Under the pieces are notes generated by a model. That model worked only from the letters and a program-made list of their open reading frames with translations, was not told the origin of the DNA and searched no databases. A program made the position numbers and the translations under genes. Below, one piece after another: positions 20,501 to 30,432 of a stretch of 64,000 nucleotides of DNA; positions within the stretch are counted from its first letter, which is position 1; the number at the start of each line of letters is the position of its first letter. The stretch is from a virus, in IMG/VR virus record IMGVR_UViG_3300024324_000009, positions 1 through 64,000 of that record. One strand, given 5' to 3'.

Positions 20501-23500
20501 ATTATGACCATGTAAATAAACGACTAATTCTGTTTAATCTTCCTACTGGCGTATATAAACCAATGGATCGTATACAGATTAGTTTTCAAAACCCTAATGA
20601 TTTACAAAGTATAGGTATTTGTTCAGAGCCGCAATATTTCGAGTTCCCAGCAGATCATATGTATGTCTATACGGGTCTACCTGTTACAGAATTTGAGACA
20701 GATGGAGTAGGAGATATACAGTTTACGTTGTCAGACCAGCCGCCTCAAGGATGGGTTAAACTTGATGGTAGTACGTATAACATCAATCAATATCCTGCAC
20801 TCAAGCAATACTTAGATTACTACAGATTAAGATACACGAACTCTGATAACATTTGCTGGGCAGCTTCTACTTTGCCTGATTTTAGAAATGCAAATGTAAT
20901 AGGATCGGGAGTCGCCCCTTGGAATAATTTAGGAGAACTAGTTGATGCAACTGGTTTTATTCCGCTTTCAGGTGAAGAACCCGATAATTATTACGACCCG
21001 CCTTTGAATGTAGTTGGCTTCTGGATTATGAAAGCAGAAGGCAGTTTCTTTGATCCAAATATTCCTATTAACTTAGGAGACTCAGGAAATATTAACTATG
21101 TCATAGATAATTTTGACTTAGGACCAAACTCTTGTAATAGCAGCAATCAAATAAGTTTTAGTACAACAGGCTGTAGAGTCAGATTAGACATATTGCAATT
21201 TTTAGAACCAGACTTGAGATTTAATGTGTCTGAATTTACTACCAATGACATATATCAAGTCTCTGGAATTAATCACGACTACTATCAAGACCAAAACTAC
21301 CCTTGTTCAGATGAACCCCTTAGTGATCAAACATTATTGTACACACCTCTTAATCCCGTAACCGTTAAACCAAGGGCTTATAATGGCAATTATGCTGTTG
21401 TCGTATCGCCAGATACCGAACTACTTAATTTTGAAACAGATAGTGGTGTTTTAGGACTGTATACTAAGGAAGAACTTCGTAGCCCCAATAACCCACCTTT
21501 CCACTGGTGGCCTCTTGGTATTTATGTCAAGTCAGAGACAGATGGACAAGGCCCACTGTCAACTCCTGTAGCATATACAAGTGGCTACTACAGTACGCCC
21601 AATAATCCCGGTTTTAGTAATGCACCAACTGGCTATGCTACATCAGAGTCTCCTTTAAGGGTTGAAGTTGGTAGTGATATTAACCCTAGTCCGTTTGCTT
21701 TCTATCATTGGTTCTATACAAATGAGTCCTTTGATTATGCACCATTCGATATTTTGGTCAGTGGAGACAGTAGCGATCAAAACGATCCCACACAAGTTAT
21801 TCTTCGTATATACGATGAAAATCATATTCTGGAATGGACCAGTTGTTTTAATGTTAATCAGGCTTCTCAAAATGCAGATGGATGCATAATATCTGACGGT
21901 AACGGCGGCGGTGATAGATATAATCTACCAAGTTTTTATCAACTAGAAATCGAATGGGTTAAAGAGCCATGTAATGGCAGCACAGCCGGACCTCCATACA
22001 ACGGATGGATACATACTTCAGTCAGCGGGGCTGCATTTACTTCAAGTCAAGGAACTTGTTACATTGTTGAGCCTGACAATGCAAATACACAATTAAGAAC
22101 TGACTTCAATCAGTATGCTGCAACAACATTTGACTTACAGCTTTATCAGCTACCTAGTGTGACAATGAGCAGCAATTTCTGTGGAAATACTGACAGGGCT
22201 AACCTAAAATGGTTCACCCATGCACATAAAATGCACATAAATAACTTCAATACTCCAAGAAGTTACTTAGAGTATGGTGATGAATTTAAGATTATTAAAC
22301 TTAATAATGATACCAACTTTGGTGACAATGTAACTAATTTGCTTACCAAGATCAATCCGACCTCAGAAGACTCCTCATTGTCAGGTCTTTCTACTTCTGA
22401 TGAATTATGCAGATATAAACCGTGCTATAAATACTCTAGCGATGAAATGTTTAATAGCTGGAGATATCCAGTAATATGGGGTACTCAAGAAACAAAGGGA
22501 GCAAACGACTACCCGTGGAGTTATGCACAGACTGATGGCCCGCCCTATGGTGCAGGTCCGACCAATGTAAATTCTTTTCCGCAAGGTGCTCCAGTTACAA
22601 TGTTCATACAAGTGGAAAGCGATGCCCCACCGGGAATACCATATTATGCTGAAGCTGGTATACCGGGAGTTGGCTTCATAAGAGCAGATGAGAATACTCC
22701 TGTTGCCTCATTCACGACGAAATCTACTACAACGGACATAGGAGTCACAAGTAATATAGACAATAATATCAATCCTAATAATCCTTACTATGTTCGTTGG
22801 ACTTTGTTTATTGTTGGTGGTGGTTTCCCGTATGCTTGGACAGACCCATTGGTGAACTATGCTATTCTGTCTACTACCGAATGGCTGAATACTACTTATG
22901 GTAGCCTTAAATTAGATGTTGACGACATACATCATCTTCCAGCAGAATGGTGCAACACAGGGCAGTACGAAGACAAATACAGAAGCGTTAAACCCGTAGC
23001 TAATAACTTGGCTACACAAGTGCCGTTTACAGGAACCTGTGAGTTTAGTCAGAGTATCTCAGGAAGAATGTATATACCTGAAAATAATAACTTGTATTTC
23101 CATACTCATGGAGAAACTACGGCTTACTGGCCTTTAGATGAAAATGGAAGTGGCATACCCCATCAACAAACAGGCATTTATATTATTGGAGATCAGCTTT
23201 CTTCAAGTAGTATAAATAGTTGTGGTTCTGGTTTAGCTTGCATAGAAATTTCAGGTTTTAACAATGTAGACCTTACAGGTATACCTACTGTTGGAGATCG
23301 AGAAAACATAGGGGTCAATCCTATTGTTATTGAATCTAATGGTGTTACTGGCATCGTAGGAAACTATGGTGCAAATAAACAGTTCTACTTTGACTTTGAT
23401 GATGGACTACCACAACTTTCTAATGTCTATAATGTTATTGATTATGTAGATGGCAGAAAGAAAATAGTAATATCGGTTCCTGACCTTCCAAACCTATCTA

Positions 23501-26500
23501 ACAAGTCTGGTTTGGTATTTATGATAGAAAATCCTAAGAACATTAAGAGTCATCTCAATCCTAATCTGAGTAATGAGTTTATCGTCAGCGATCCCACAGT
23601 GACTCCTGAAGAAATCTTCAGCACACAGATTAATCACTTCGATTACTGTACAAAGAGATGGAAACATCTACTACATTTTGATTGGGATGTTATTGGTACA
23701 GGATATCAAGAGATCAAGATTAATACAGGGAACGAGGAGTCTGTTATTGACCTTTTCCCAATTCCACCAACAGGAATAAGTATTTCTGGCATTAGATATA
23801 CAGATAGCCTTAGCAACCCCTTCACAGACGTAACAGATATTACATCGGACAACACTAGAGATTCATTCTATGTGCAGTTAGTTACGCTTTATGGAACTCC
23901 CTCATTTACACAAGACATTTATCAAGACCTACCTAAAGTCACCATATCTGGCCTGCAAGACTTTGAGTATGAGTTAGACCCATTAACAGATGTAACAAAC
24001 TATCATGGTTCTGGCTGGAATATTACCATGAAGGTAAATAGAACAAATGAAATTATTGATAGTAGAGAGATTGTCTTTAGAGCAGAAGACGCAACAGGCA
24101 AAGCAGATACAACAGCAGTATATAATCAAATATTCTTACCAGAACTCTTACAGTCCTATACAGGATATTCTTTGCCGGGAACCAATGATTGGGAAGTTAT
24201 CTACGACACTCTCTATCTAGACCTAGACAACATCAACAATAATAATATACTAACCTTTGAGATGCAAGGTACGCCTACTGTTAATCCTATAAACATTACC
24301 TATGAAAGAGTCAGAGACAATGTTCTTAGGGTTTACGGTCCTGTAGACCCCGGCGTAGTCAGTACGACATATTATAGTACTACCATTATAGCAAAAACAG
24401 GACTTACGCAAACTGAAGTCGCCAGATGTACTGGATTAGTTGTTGACTTGCGTGATGCTCATGATTGGACACCTGTCCCAATTACACTGAATAACTTTAG
24501 AAGTTTTGGAGAGAGAACAGACTCAGGAAACTTCTACGCACATTCTTCTGGTCAAGAATCATTTAAGTTTGATGTGCCACAACCACAAGGGAGCGTATTG
24601 TTTACTGTAAGCCATCTCAACCAAGACGATGTTTCGTCCGGTGTGCTTGGATACGAAATTTTATACTCATACAGTAATACTGAAAGAAGATTTAATGTAG
24701 AAATGATTCCTACGGGAACTGGAGAAGTTTATCCTACGGGGATGCAAGCACATTATCCAAATAATCAACTAGAAATTGAAATGGAGTACGAACAATACGA
24801 TGTCAATGGTCAACTTCAAACTCCAAACGCAAGAGAACAATCTTTCCCAATCTTTAACACAACTTTGTATACAGGTCTAATTATATCAAATTCCAACCCT
24901 GATACAATACAATATTACAAGACAGATGAACCTTGGCAAATTCAGGTTAAGGTTAGTGGAGGCATAACAGACCACAATCCTAGTCTTAGGCCAAATGTCA
25001 GAGTATTTAATGCTCCAAATAAAGGAAACTACGAAAAACCCAAAGAGCCGGTTGACTGTATAATCACATATCAATACCAAGATGACCCCGGTAATGCCTG
25101 CTGGCTAGTTCAAGCTAATGCCAGAAGAGACATCTTTGGTAATTACATGCCAAATAACACAGGTGAATTTCAGTTGTATGTGAATGTTGATGACACACTT
25201 ACGGACTATGCCACACTTAATGATAGTGCAAATATTAATGATCAGTTTACTATCATATATACTAAGCCTTCTGGATTTATTAATCTTCCTCCTACCGTTT
25301 ATTCAGTTCCGGGTGCTCCGTTCTTTACTAAGTGCGATGTTCTGTCTCAAGACAGTGGTAATACTCCAAACATCATTAGAACAAATCAGAGCGACCCCGG
25401 TTTTAATTTAACTGATGAATGCAATCCGGGCATGAAGTGGGATGGAGACTTCCCTTTATGGCAACGTGGATACAGAGGAACTACTACTTCTTCAGCATGG
25501 GATGCTAAAGTTGAGATTAGTACACAAGGCACAATTACTGCGTCTGTCAAGGGACTAGGTAAAGATAAAGTTATGGCTGTTGCCAAGGTTGAGTTCTTAG
25601 AGATAGAAAGCGACCAGTTAGTAGATGTTCCATTCAGGATTAAAGAAGTTACACCAGAAGAATCAGAGTCAGAACAGTTCGGACAAGAAGGAATTATTGT
25701 AGAACAAGGAAAGGCTTGGCAACTACAAGTTACAACAGAAGGTGGACTTGCTGATGCTAGATATCCTCCAACTATCGTTCTTACAGGAATGCCAACATTT
25801 TGTACAGGCTACAACCCTATGGATGGAGATTCTAATGATGACTTAGCTTGCATAGACGGTGAGCCATCATTTGGTAATGGAGAATGGACATTTAGATTTG
25901 AAGGTGAACCATCTTGCGACCTGCTTGGGATCAAACCATTTGGTATTCTAGCCATAGACACGCTTACTGGTATACCTCCTAGCTACTTGGCTACAGATAC
26001 TCATCAAGGTCAATTTATCTACGAAACTGGAGAGTTCTTTGTGTTGCCTCCTGAAATTAGCTTTACGGGTGAAACTGACCTATATCCTTTCTGTGACATT
26101 TGCTATACAGGATATATAGACTTCGGACCTCAAGTTGAAGATGACCTAGACTGTAATAGCGTTACAGGAATCAAGACTATCAGAACTAGTGGTACTTTGC
26201 CTGAAGGTCTAAGGTACGGTATTTATTTTCCTGCTGATCCTCCTACATTTCTAGGTAGCGGTCAACTAACTGGTAGACCTAATGGTGAAAGACAAATTAC
26301 CCTAGCAGCACCTTATAATAATCTATCTAGTGGATACATTGCCATTACTGGATGTCCAACAGAGTTTGCTGGTGGAGGACCATATCCTGATGAGTTCTTT
26401 GCCGAAGTTTGTAATGCAGTAGACGAATGTGCTGATTTAGTAGTTACTTTTGAAGATGCTTCTAAACCTTTCGATCCAAATTTAGACTTTGTATACTTCT

Positions 26501-29034
26501 TTAGCCAAACGGGTGCTGTACTTAGCCCTAAGAGTGGTGAAGATATTGTTGGTACAGGGCCAGTAGCTGGTAGTCGTGCTCCTAATGCACAGGAGTACAA
26601 TGTAGAATGTCAGAGTATACTGCCTCATGCAGAATGCAAGGTTTTCCATGTGTTCTACAGTGGAAACAATGTTGACTCATACATAAGTGGTATATATCCA
26701 GAAGGAACTTCTAATAACGACAAGATAGATTTACAGACTAACCCAAATAATTTTGTATACTTTAAAGACGAAGACAACCCTCTTAACGATGGAAGATTCG
26801 CAGCAATACCTGCTCAGTCACCTTTTAATATTGATTTTGAGATAGTAGCTGTTGGACTAGCCAATGCTTCTACAGGAACAGGGCTACTCGTAGTAGAAGA
26901 TATACTAGCAGGTTCTAACTCTTTAGATGTTGACAAACTGGATGACTACTTCCCAAGTCCTTTCAATACATCTACTACTAAATGCGTATTAGGTGGTGGA
27001 GAGGTTGGATTTGGAACCATACAGGGTCAAGGAAATAAATATGGTCTTAGAGGACATATGATGCCAAGACTGTCTGGTTTCCTAAGTGGTGACGATGCAG
27101 TGTTTAAACAAGCCGATGAGTATATGTCTGGAGTTACATTTGTAGAAGTTAATGCAGACACAGATATACCTTTGATAAGTGTATTAGAAGCGAGCGACTG
27201 TTGGCAAACCGGAGAAATGAGAATTAGTGGTGTCATTCCACCTTCAATTCAAGCCTTTATTACTGACCCTCCACCAGCAGCTAATACTAATTACTCTTCG
27301 TTGACTGATTCATTCTCATTCCTTACTCGACTTGCTTATGGAACTACTGCTAATCAGCAAAGTAAAACTGAAAATCAAAGAACAGCAGGCTTACAATATA
27401 GAGTTTACAACATGACTCAAGGAGCCAATCAAATTACACAGGGGTTTGTAACTTCTAATAGTCCATTCCAATTTCAGCCCACACAAATAAGCGGGGTGGT
27501 TTATAGTGTTCAATTATTCAAACTAGGAGATGAATATCCAACTAATAACATTGATCACCAGAATTATACTGAAAGCTACTACACATGGATACACAAAGGA
27601 TTAAATGCGAATGCAGCACCTACCGCAGCAGCGTTCCCACCAATATTCCCAACAGGATTTGGAAGTGGAGTGTTCGCAACCTTCGGATCGTCTACAAACA
27701 TTGATGGTTTAGCTTATGGTGGATACACAATACCAACATCGTCACAAGAAACTATTATGATAAGTAATAGCGTCAGTCCTGTTCCTTACTGGCAAGACGG
27801 CTCTAATACTAATTGGTCTAACGCAGACTATCTACCTCAAATTAGTGGCATGGTACTTAGTCAGTTTGATAATGTTGATGGAGTGTGGGTAACTGGAGGC
27901 AGCGTAGATATACAAGCTGACCCAGATGTATTCACAATTCCTGTTCCAGATGATTTCGTGGAAGCAGGGTATCCTGTTAATATCGTAGTACAAACAAATC
28001 CAAATTCTGCACCGCAGCTTGATTATACATTTGTTTTAGAACAAAGTAATCTACTAGGAAGTAGTCCAGTAACAGGTATAACATTTGACAGCCCAATACC
28101 TTGGAACTTTACTTCTAATTTCCAAAACGATGATGTTACTATAGACAAGAGCATTTTACTAGTTAGTGGAATTAGACAGGTGAATGGTTTTGATAGTCAT
28201 CTAGTAGTAAGACACAGCGACACATCTTATAGTATTGGAGACCTTGTTGTAGTAGATTCTCCTAGCGGCACATCTGCTACTTATACTGCTTGTAATGCTA
28301 TTGATCTAGAAATATCTGACGGCGACACCACTTCAATAGTTGTTTCACCTAAATCTCCAAACGCAACTAACGAGACATGGTTAGACAGTCTTATAAGTCC
28401 AGATGATCTTGTGACTCTCTACAAACAAGAAGTTGGAGAGATATATGTTGATCCTAATAGTGTCAGTCTACAATCACAAGGGATATATGAATACAGCATA
28501 GTAGGAACGCCCAACACCCTGTATAAAGACTATAACTTTAGAATAACAACATGCGAAAACCCAAATATGCCAGTAGCAGATACAAATATTGGTGGAGACC
28601 CTGATTTTGTTAAGCAGTCTTCTACAGACTATCCATTGTTTGTTTCCAAGCCAATATCTGTATTTAATACAACGGTCACAGGCACCAAAACTAGTTGGAT
28701 TATAAGACTAGAAATAGAAGGTGGTTTGCGTCCAGTACAAAATAATAGCCCAAGAGTTCTATTAAAGTATGGTAACAATTTACTAGGTACTCTTTGTGGT
28801 TTTGATAGAACAATAGACAGACTTAGACAAACGCCTACAGTAACTTCGCAAGATCAAGAACAAAGTGACAACGTACTTCTAGATGAGTACGATGCACAAA
28901 ATGACAGAATTATTATAGAACTCAGAGCAAACAGTGACTATGCATGGGGAGCACCAGCTAGTCCAACAGCAATTACCGTAAGAATATCTGATATTACAGG
29001 AGAGGTAAACCACCAAGTACAATTACCACAATAA
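14575..29034 (+). CDS. Giant fibre/appendage protein (about 4,819 aa)
   Basis: Likely start is ATG 14575 (TAATG overlap). Collagen-like G-X-Y at ~14743-14802; fibre repeats YTKV.[T/V][D/N].KG.V and DAD[M/L]L[C/D]...G.YYLDA.NITG; YadA-head-like repeats ~16590-16790; tail-collar-like domain 20704-20886 (GDI...PPQGWVKLDGSTY...YPAL...TLPDFR); many Ig/cadherin-like beta segments. Confidence 0.75.
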   Translation: MSCSVNVQQIIGPLNTLVIERQEDAGDPGSITTTNIIISNDVLQQIEVVDICRGTQGPSGPPGAEGPPGPSGLPGPTFDILPIVSGGTNNNSFSADYIIYYDGASDQLASSNYTIDDIIAGAQALTGIVEGSGIQKTDLGNNQIKLDAIVGDGLDVHRTTNAIFVDGTIARLDDLTPGQFQGVLPVSKGGTANTSYLDGKLITFDSTALNGSGQFISAGNLNADEIVVSGNGFTLAAGSGLVNGGFVIIPNGTGRIDIPESADITVFADSFELSQTGTPGTYTKVTTDSKGRVEAGGQLTPSDIYNILGYIPWHSGNDGCGSLLDADMLCGQSGDYYLDATNITGIINTGVLPDIMVDGRYTKVDVNTKGLVTSGMQMTPQDIEDILGYDPVRPTGGVDFCGDIELHGSLFINKPTGCPGATSGLLRVYDNMPLIARNNADIGVDEPRGVSFVYGGGFIARTGSIAYYPTEDVVYVTTNMTANNNGVDGGDSDDDFQDDVNGGDANSTFPISNLTGTKRLLLYKDTADELYVSLTKDQQIVAGFKKWINGIGVNDQVIIYDNDGNPTVPPTNVGSNTLLNVNFNADLLDSQHGEYYLDANNITGIFDPTKVSFGFIEGTKNYIPKFDGDNNPANIIRDSVMYEDGATRDITIGEEKNLIVGANQRNDQSPSTRNAMIGEDNGISSADNSLLVGQQNQVHDAKNVIAAGFKASGLKDNSIAHGKYGTTWLENQIAHGAYRVDDSNNLLIEHGQASDYMMYLEGQTATNWANLIPSVQLPDDTTLAFKVSMLMNSAFSTGVAEFEFYSGIVKNVKLRDPSNISEIINVTTIMQQPKKNEIYNNSHIHDYYLQLMCTELNEIQNETIKVNDSPIDLLPIRIDNEPTEIISKYEDPDGYNATYLKDNLGNMSITLDAASITGNYVGSTEGDLRVSCRDHGLLQGEYAYIEFTSHNQVSFPDDRYLVKSVVDENTFVLQGLHFRAEKQTDNSLGVLTILPDDIRKLDSANTVTMTGLTRIGTNGYEIRDDNQVGLNRFLSLASPDSHLEVTINNDPNAKHYCLYRNFSIDNFNRELLEVDSTDSSGTSVIRDISYKDYTYEFIRKAESLSVSGTASTVNWLNSNTTSLAKYVEGGNDAYTAITVNGDTYLSPITDNIEVIGPAPTGMSLYLAQTLSSVNDGDIVNISVTHTGVEGTLKVRQRQKHTGSYQRIQYNPNEQIDCVYTLYPSEDPALPARVHIYAEDYQDLGLLDNPYEFVLYDDLITPTDNDKFKIVSDNDVYYLYTAVDMPMSNISYTVEIRAINVYGEVDIDQILQVNVSDTLSLANNEKGLDSILLTNNTIATGTPADTYVGTISGNGGYNPYVVFDTPYNGFEATFVSGTDLVTCTGNIKKYDTTELIGDPCFLCSGSTISVDFKRFSVPDRTLEVLEVYCETGLAVSPVFNNSAVVKFVWTDPSQVGSVINTQTFNVNGSDIQYTVTDTGLPYGFEALAANTTVPEITGSFEPNIEWIEYTGLASELYDTASDVNYTTTTFTPSQPISGLQKDVGQAVLDFPTPVTGLVLWFRDIESSNSQDGYILQQDSFKIALEDSTGFIQNDSDYSNSGLLVADRPIYILEGSNALSNISDNIIPFSGASIDMIVCMTGVVSGEVRFSVLADAGTNYKVAVGELQQYTFNSNSNPVIRVSEVYEDTIDNQGAVITYTGTPIDSGNYIISGLKEGPVFRSCQENDDDGFFGYETQANGLCYVTGECKVYSSIVGPDGEGEAVYRVTFPENIYISYDSESYIQLSNWTPTDSNPNGEVLITPSDGHYPITEVSGISNNSFLIPEQYAIALPVDGTGLSSQGTVSGSFDIYHEYKSLPSNIINQVPGDFLTVERTYNPPVLDPDYRPKNDLFDILSIQGNRIITEDKKNYVLIEDDRPPYLDHTIRGIYTNDSREFYANVKRYGNRLIDLRFEKDLESRRLPYADGPWAYKDLYVGADYDHVNKRLILFNLPTGVYKPMDRIQISFQNPNDLQSIGICSEPQYFEFPADHMYVYTGLPVTEFETDGVGDIQFTLSDQPPQGWVKLDGSTYNINQYPALKQYLDYYRLRYTNSDNICWAASTLPDFRNANVIGSGVAPWNNLGELVDATGFIPLSGEEPDNYYDPPLNVVGFWIMKAEGSFFDPNIPINLGDSGNINYVIDNFDLGPNSCNSSNQISFSTTGCRVRLDILQFLEPDLRFNVSEFTTNDIYQVSGINHDYYQDQNYPCSDEPLSDQTLLYTPLNPVTVKPRAYNGNYAVVVSPDTELLNFETDSGVLGLYTKEELRSPNNPPFHWWPLGIYVKSETDGQGPLSTPVAYTSGYYSTPNNPGFSNAPTGYATSESPLRVEVGSDINPSPFAFYHWFYTNESFDYAPFDILVSGDSSDQNDPTQVILRIYDENHILEWTSCFNVNQASQNADGCIISDGNGGGDRYNLPSFYQLEIEWVKEPCNGSTAGPPYNGWIHTSVSGAAFTSSQGTCYIVEPDNANTQLRTDFNQYAATTFDLQLYQLPSVTMSSNFCGNTDRANLKWFTHAHKMHINNFNTPRSYLEYGDEFKIIKLNNDTNFGDNVTNLLTKINPTSEDSSLSGLSTSDELCRYKPCYKYSSDEMFNSWRYPVIWGTQETKGANDYPWSYAQTDGPPYGAGPTNVNSFPQGAPVTMFIQVESDAPPGIPYYAEAGIPGVGFIRADENTPVASFTTKSTTTDIGVTSNIDNNINPNNPYYVRWTLFIVGGGFPYAWTDPLVNYAILSTTEWLNTTYGSLKLDVDDIHHLPAEWCNTGQYEDKYRSVKPVANNLATQVPFTGTCEFSQSISGRMYIPENNNLYFHTHGETTAYWPLDENGSGIPHQQTGIYIIGDQLSSSSINSCGSGLACIEISGFNNVDLTGIPTVGDRENIGVNPIVIESNGVTGIVGNYGANKQFYFDFDDGLPQLSNVYNVIDYVDGRKKIVISVPDLPNLSNKSGLVFMIENPKNIKSHLNPNLSNEFIVSDPTVTPEEIFSTQINHFDYCTKRWKHLLHFDWDVIGTGYQEIKINTGNEESVIDLFPIPPTGISISGIRYTDSLSNPFTDVTDITSDNTRDSFYVQLVTLYGTPSFTQDIYQDLPKVTISGLQDFEYELDPLTDVTNYHGSGWNITMKVNRTNEIIDSREIVFRAEDATGKADTTAVYNQIFLPELLQSYTGYSLPGTNDWEVIYDTLYLDLDNINNNNILTFEMQGTPTVNPINITYERVRDNVLRVYGPVDPGVVSTTYYSTTIIAKTGLTQTEVARCTGLVVDLRDAHDWTPVPITLNNFRSFGERTDSGNFYAHSSGQESFKFDVPQPQGSVLFTVSHLNQDDVSSGVLGYEILYSYSNTERRFNVEMIPTGTGEVYPTGMQAHYPNNQLEIEMEYEQYDVNGQLQTPNAREQSFPIFNTTLYTGLIISNSNPDTIQYYKTDEPWQIQVKVSGGITDHNPSLRPNVRVFNAPNKGNYEKPKEPVDCIITYQYQDDPGNACWLVQANARRDIFGNYMPNNTGEFQLYVNVDDTLTDYATLNDSANINDQFTIIYTKPSGFINLPPTVYSVPGAPFFTKCDVLSQDSGNTPNIIRTNQSDPGFNLTDECNPGMKWDGDFPLWQRGYRGTTTSSAWDAKVEISTQGTITASVKGLGKDKVMAVAKVEFLEIESDQLVDVPFRIKEVTPEESESEQFGQEGIIVEQGKAWQLQVTTEGGLADARYPPTIVLTGMPTFCTGYNPMDGDSNDDLACIDGEPSFGNGEWTFRFEGEPSCDLLGIKPFGILAIDTLTGIPPSYLATDTHQGQFIYETGEFFVLPPEISFTGETDLYPFCDICYTGYIDFGPQVEDDLDCNSVTGIKTIRTSGTLPEGLRYGIYFPADPPTFLGSGQLTGRPNGERQITLAAPYNNLSSGYIAITGCPTEFAGGGPYPDEFFAEVCNAVDECADLVVTFEDASKPFDPNLDFVYFFSQTGAVLSPKSGEDIVGTGPVAGSRAPNAQEYNVECQSILPHAECKVFHVFYSGNNVDSYISGIYPEGTSNNDKIDLQTNPNNFVYFKDEDNPLNDGRFAAIPAQSPFNIDFEIVAVGLANASTGTGLLVVEDILAGSNSLDVDKLDDYFPSPFNTSTTKCVLGGGEVGFGTIQGQGNKYGLRGHMMPRLSGFLSGDDAVFKQADEYMSGVTFVEVNADTDIPLISVLEASDCWQTGEMRISGVIPPSIQAFITDPPPAANTNYSSLTDSFSFLTRLAYGTTANQQSKTENQRTAGLQYRVYNMTQGANQITQGFVTSNSPFQFQPTQISGVVYSVQLFKLGDEYPTNNIDHQNYTESYYTWIHKGLNANAAPTAAAFPPIFPTGFGSGVFATFGSSTNIDGLAYGGYTIPTSSQETIMISNSVSPVPYWQDGSNTNWSNADYLPQISGMVLSQFDNVDGVWVTGGSVDIQADPDVFTIPVPDDFVEAGYPVNIVVQTNPNSAPQLDYTFVLEQSNLLGSSPVTGITFDSPIPWNFTSNFQNDDVTIDKSILLVSGIRQVNGFDSHLVVRHSDTSYSIGDLVVVDSPSGTSATYTACNAIDLEISDGDTTSIVVSPKSPNATNETWLDSLISPDDLVTLYKQEVGEIYVDPNSVSLQSQGIYEYSIVGTPNTLYKDYNFRITTCENPNMPVADTNIGGDPDFVKQSSTDYPLFVSKPISVFNTTVTGTKTSWIIRLEIEGGLRPVQNNSPRVLLKYGNNLLGTLCGFDRTIDRLRQTPTVTSQDQEQSDNVLLDEYDAQNDRIIIELRANSDYAWGAPASPTAITVRISDITGEVNHQVQLPQ

Positions 29035-29035
29035 T

Positions 29036-30205
29036 ATGGCAACAGTAATAGTAAATGAAAACCGACCATCAACTTTAGAAATTACAACTTGCGTTGCGAG
29101 TTGTCCCGGTATCGGTACGTCTGTAGATATTATACCTAGTACACAAGGTCAAGTTGGTGTTATCATAGCAGAAAAAGGAATCCCCGGCCCACCCGGGCCA
29201 CCCGGATTGCAGGGACCACCCGGCACTGGAGAGAAGGGAGATAAAGGAGATGCGGGAGACGAAGGCCCACAAGGTCCAGTAGGAGCAGGACTGCAACGCA
29301 TAGATATTACAGATAATATTGAGACAATATCTCTTACCGACCCTTTATTAGAATCTATTTCAATAGTAGGAACAACAGGTAGCTATGTAGATATTGACTC
29401 AGCAAACAACATTATTACCATATCGTCCGAACAAGTAAATGGCAATTACGCACCCATCAACCATACTCATCCTCACACAGACATTACAGATTGGACTGAA
29501 GCAGTACAAGATACTATGGGTGACACCCTAGAGGCTGGTTATGGTATAAAAATTGTATACAATGATGCAGACTACAACAATATTGTTATTAGTAGTACTG
29601 GTCTGACCGTAGGAACAAATGTACAGGCTTGGAATGTAAACCTACAAGAAATATCAGATTTAAGTGTGACTGACAACAAAATATTCTTTGGTGATGGAGT
29701 AGATAGTATTTCTCTAATAGATTTTAGTGACCTTGCTGTAGACTTGGTAGCAGAACCATCACAACAAGGAATGCGTGATGTTTTAGGCCTAGGTACTTCC
29801 GCAACAGAAGATGATACTAAATATGCTGTGATTGATGGAGGAAATGCTTTTACAGGAGGGGAACAAACATTTAATGACTTTGCTATTAGTAGATTTTCTG
29901 CTAATATTGTTAATGTAACGACAAATACTTTTACTGTTACTCAAGCACACAACGGTAAAGTATTAACTTTTAGTTCAAACACAGGGCCAATTATAGTTGA
30001 CTTTGATGCTAATTTACTAGCCGGTTTTAATTGTTTGGCAGTACAGATGGACGTAGGACAGGTAAGATTTAATAGCGTAGTTAACAGATATAGTGAAACT
30101 AAGTTAGTAGGACAATACTCAATAGGAACTCTTGTTAAAGTGCTTTCTAATCCTTCAACTATCATTCTATCTGGAGATGTAACTTTATATGATGGAGGCC
30201 CATAA
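29036..30205 (+). CDS. Collagen-repeat fibre protein
   Basis: GIPGPPGPPGLQGPPG..GEKGDKGDAGDEGPQGPVG; YAP.NHTH...DITDW and GTNVQAW fibre motifs. Confidence 0.75.
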   Translation: MATVIVNENRPSTLEITTCVASCPGIGTSVDIIPSTQGQVGVIIAEKGIPGPPGPPGLQGPPGTGEKGDKGDAGDEGPQGPVGAGLQRIDITDNIETISLTDPLLESISIVGTTGSYVDIDSANNIITISSEQVNGNYAPINHTHPHTDITDWTEAVQDTMGDTLEAGYGIKIVYNDADYNNIVISSTGLTVGTNVQAWNVNLQEISDLSVTDNKIFFGDGVDSISLIDFSDLAVDLVAEPSQQGMRDVLGLGTSATEDDTKYAVIDGGNAFTGGEQTFNDFAISRFSANIVNVTTNTFTVTQAHNGKVLTFSSNTGPIIVDFDANLLAGFNCLAVQMDVGQVRFNSVVNRYSETKLVGQYSIGTLVKVLSNPSTIILSGDVTLYDGGP

Positions 30206-30432
30206 TGGTATACATTTTGCCTCCTTTTTATGGCATACAAAGTAGAGACAGTGAAGCTAAAAGAGAACAAAATCTAAAACTTAAAGTGTATTACATTGGC
30301 GTAGATGTATTTTGCTATGGTGACACGGCACTACAAAGTGATTATGGAGACCCGATCAATCCTGTCTCATCTCAAAGTCTTGCATTTTATCAAAAGATAA
30401 ACTCTTCTGACCACGACAGAGGAGATATATAA
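30205..30432 (+). CDS. Hypothetical small protein
   Basis: TAATG-coupled at both ends; GGAGG RBS. Confidence 0.6.
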   Translation: MVYILPPFYGIQSRDSEAKREQNLKLKVYYIGVDVFCYGDTALQSDYGDPINPVSSQSLAFYQKINSSDHDRGDI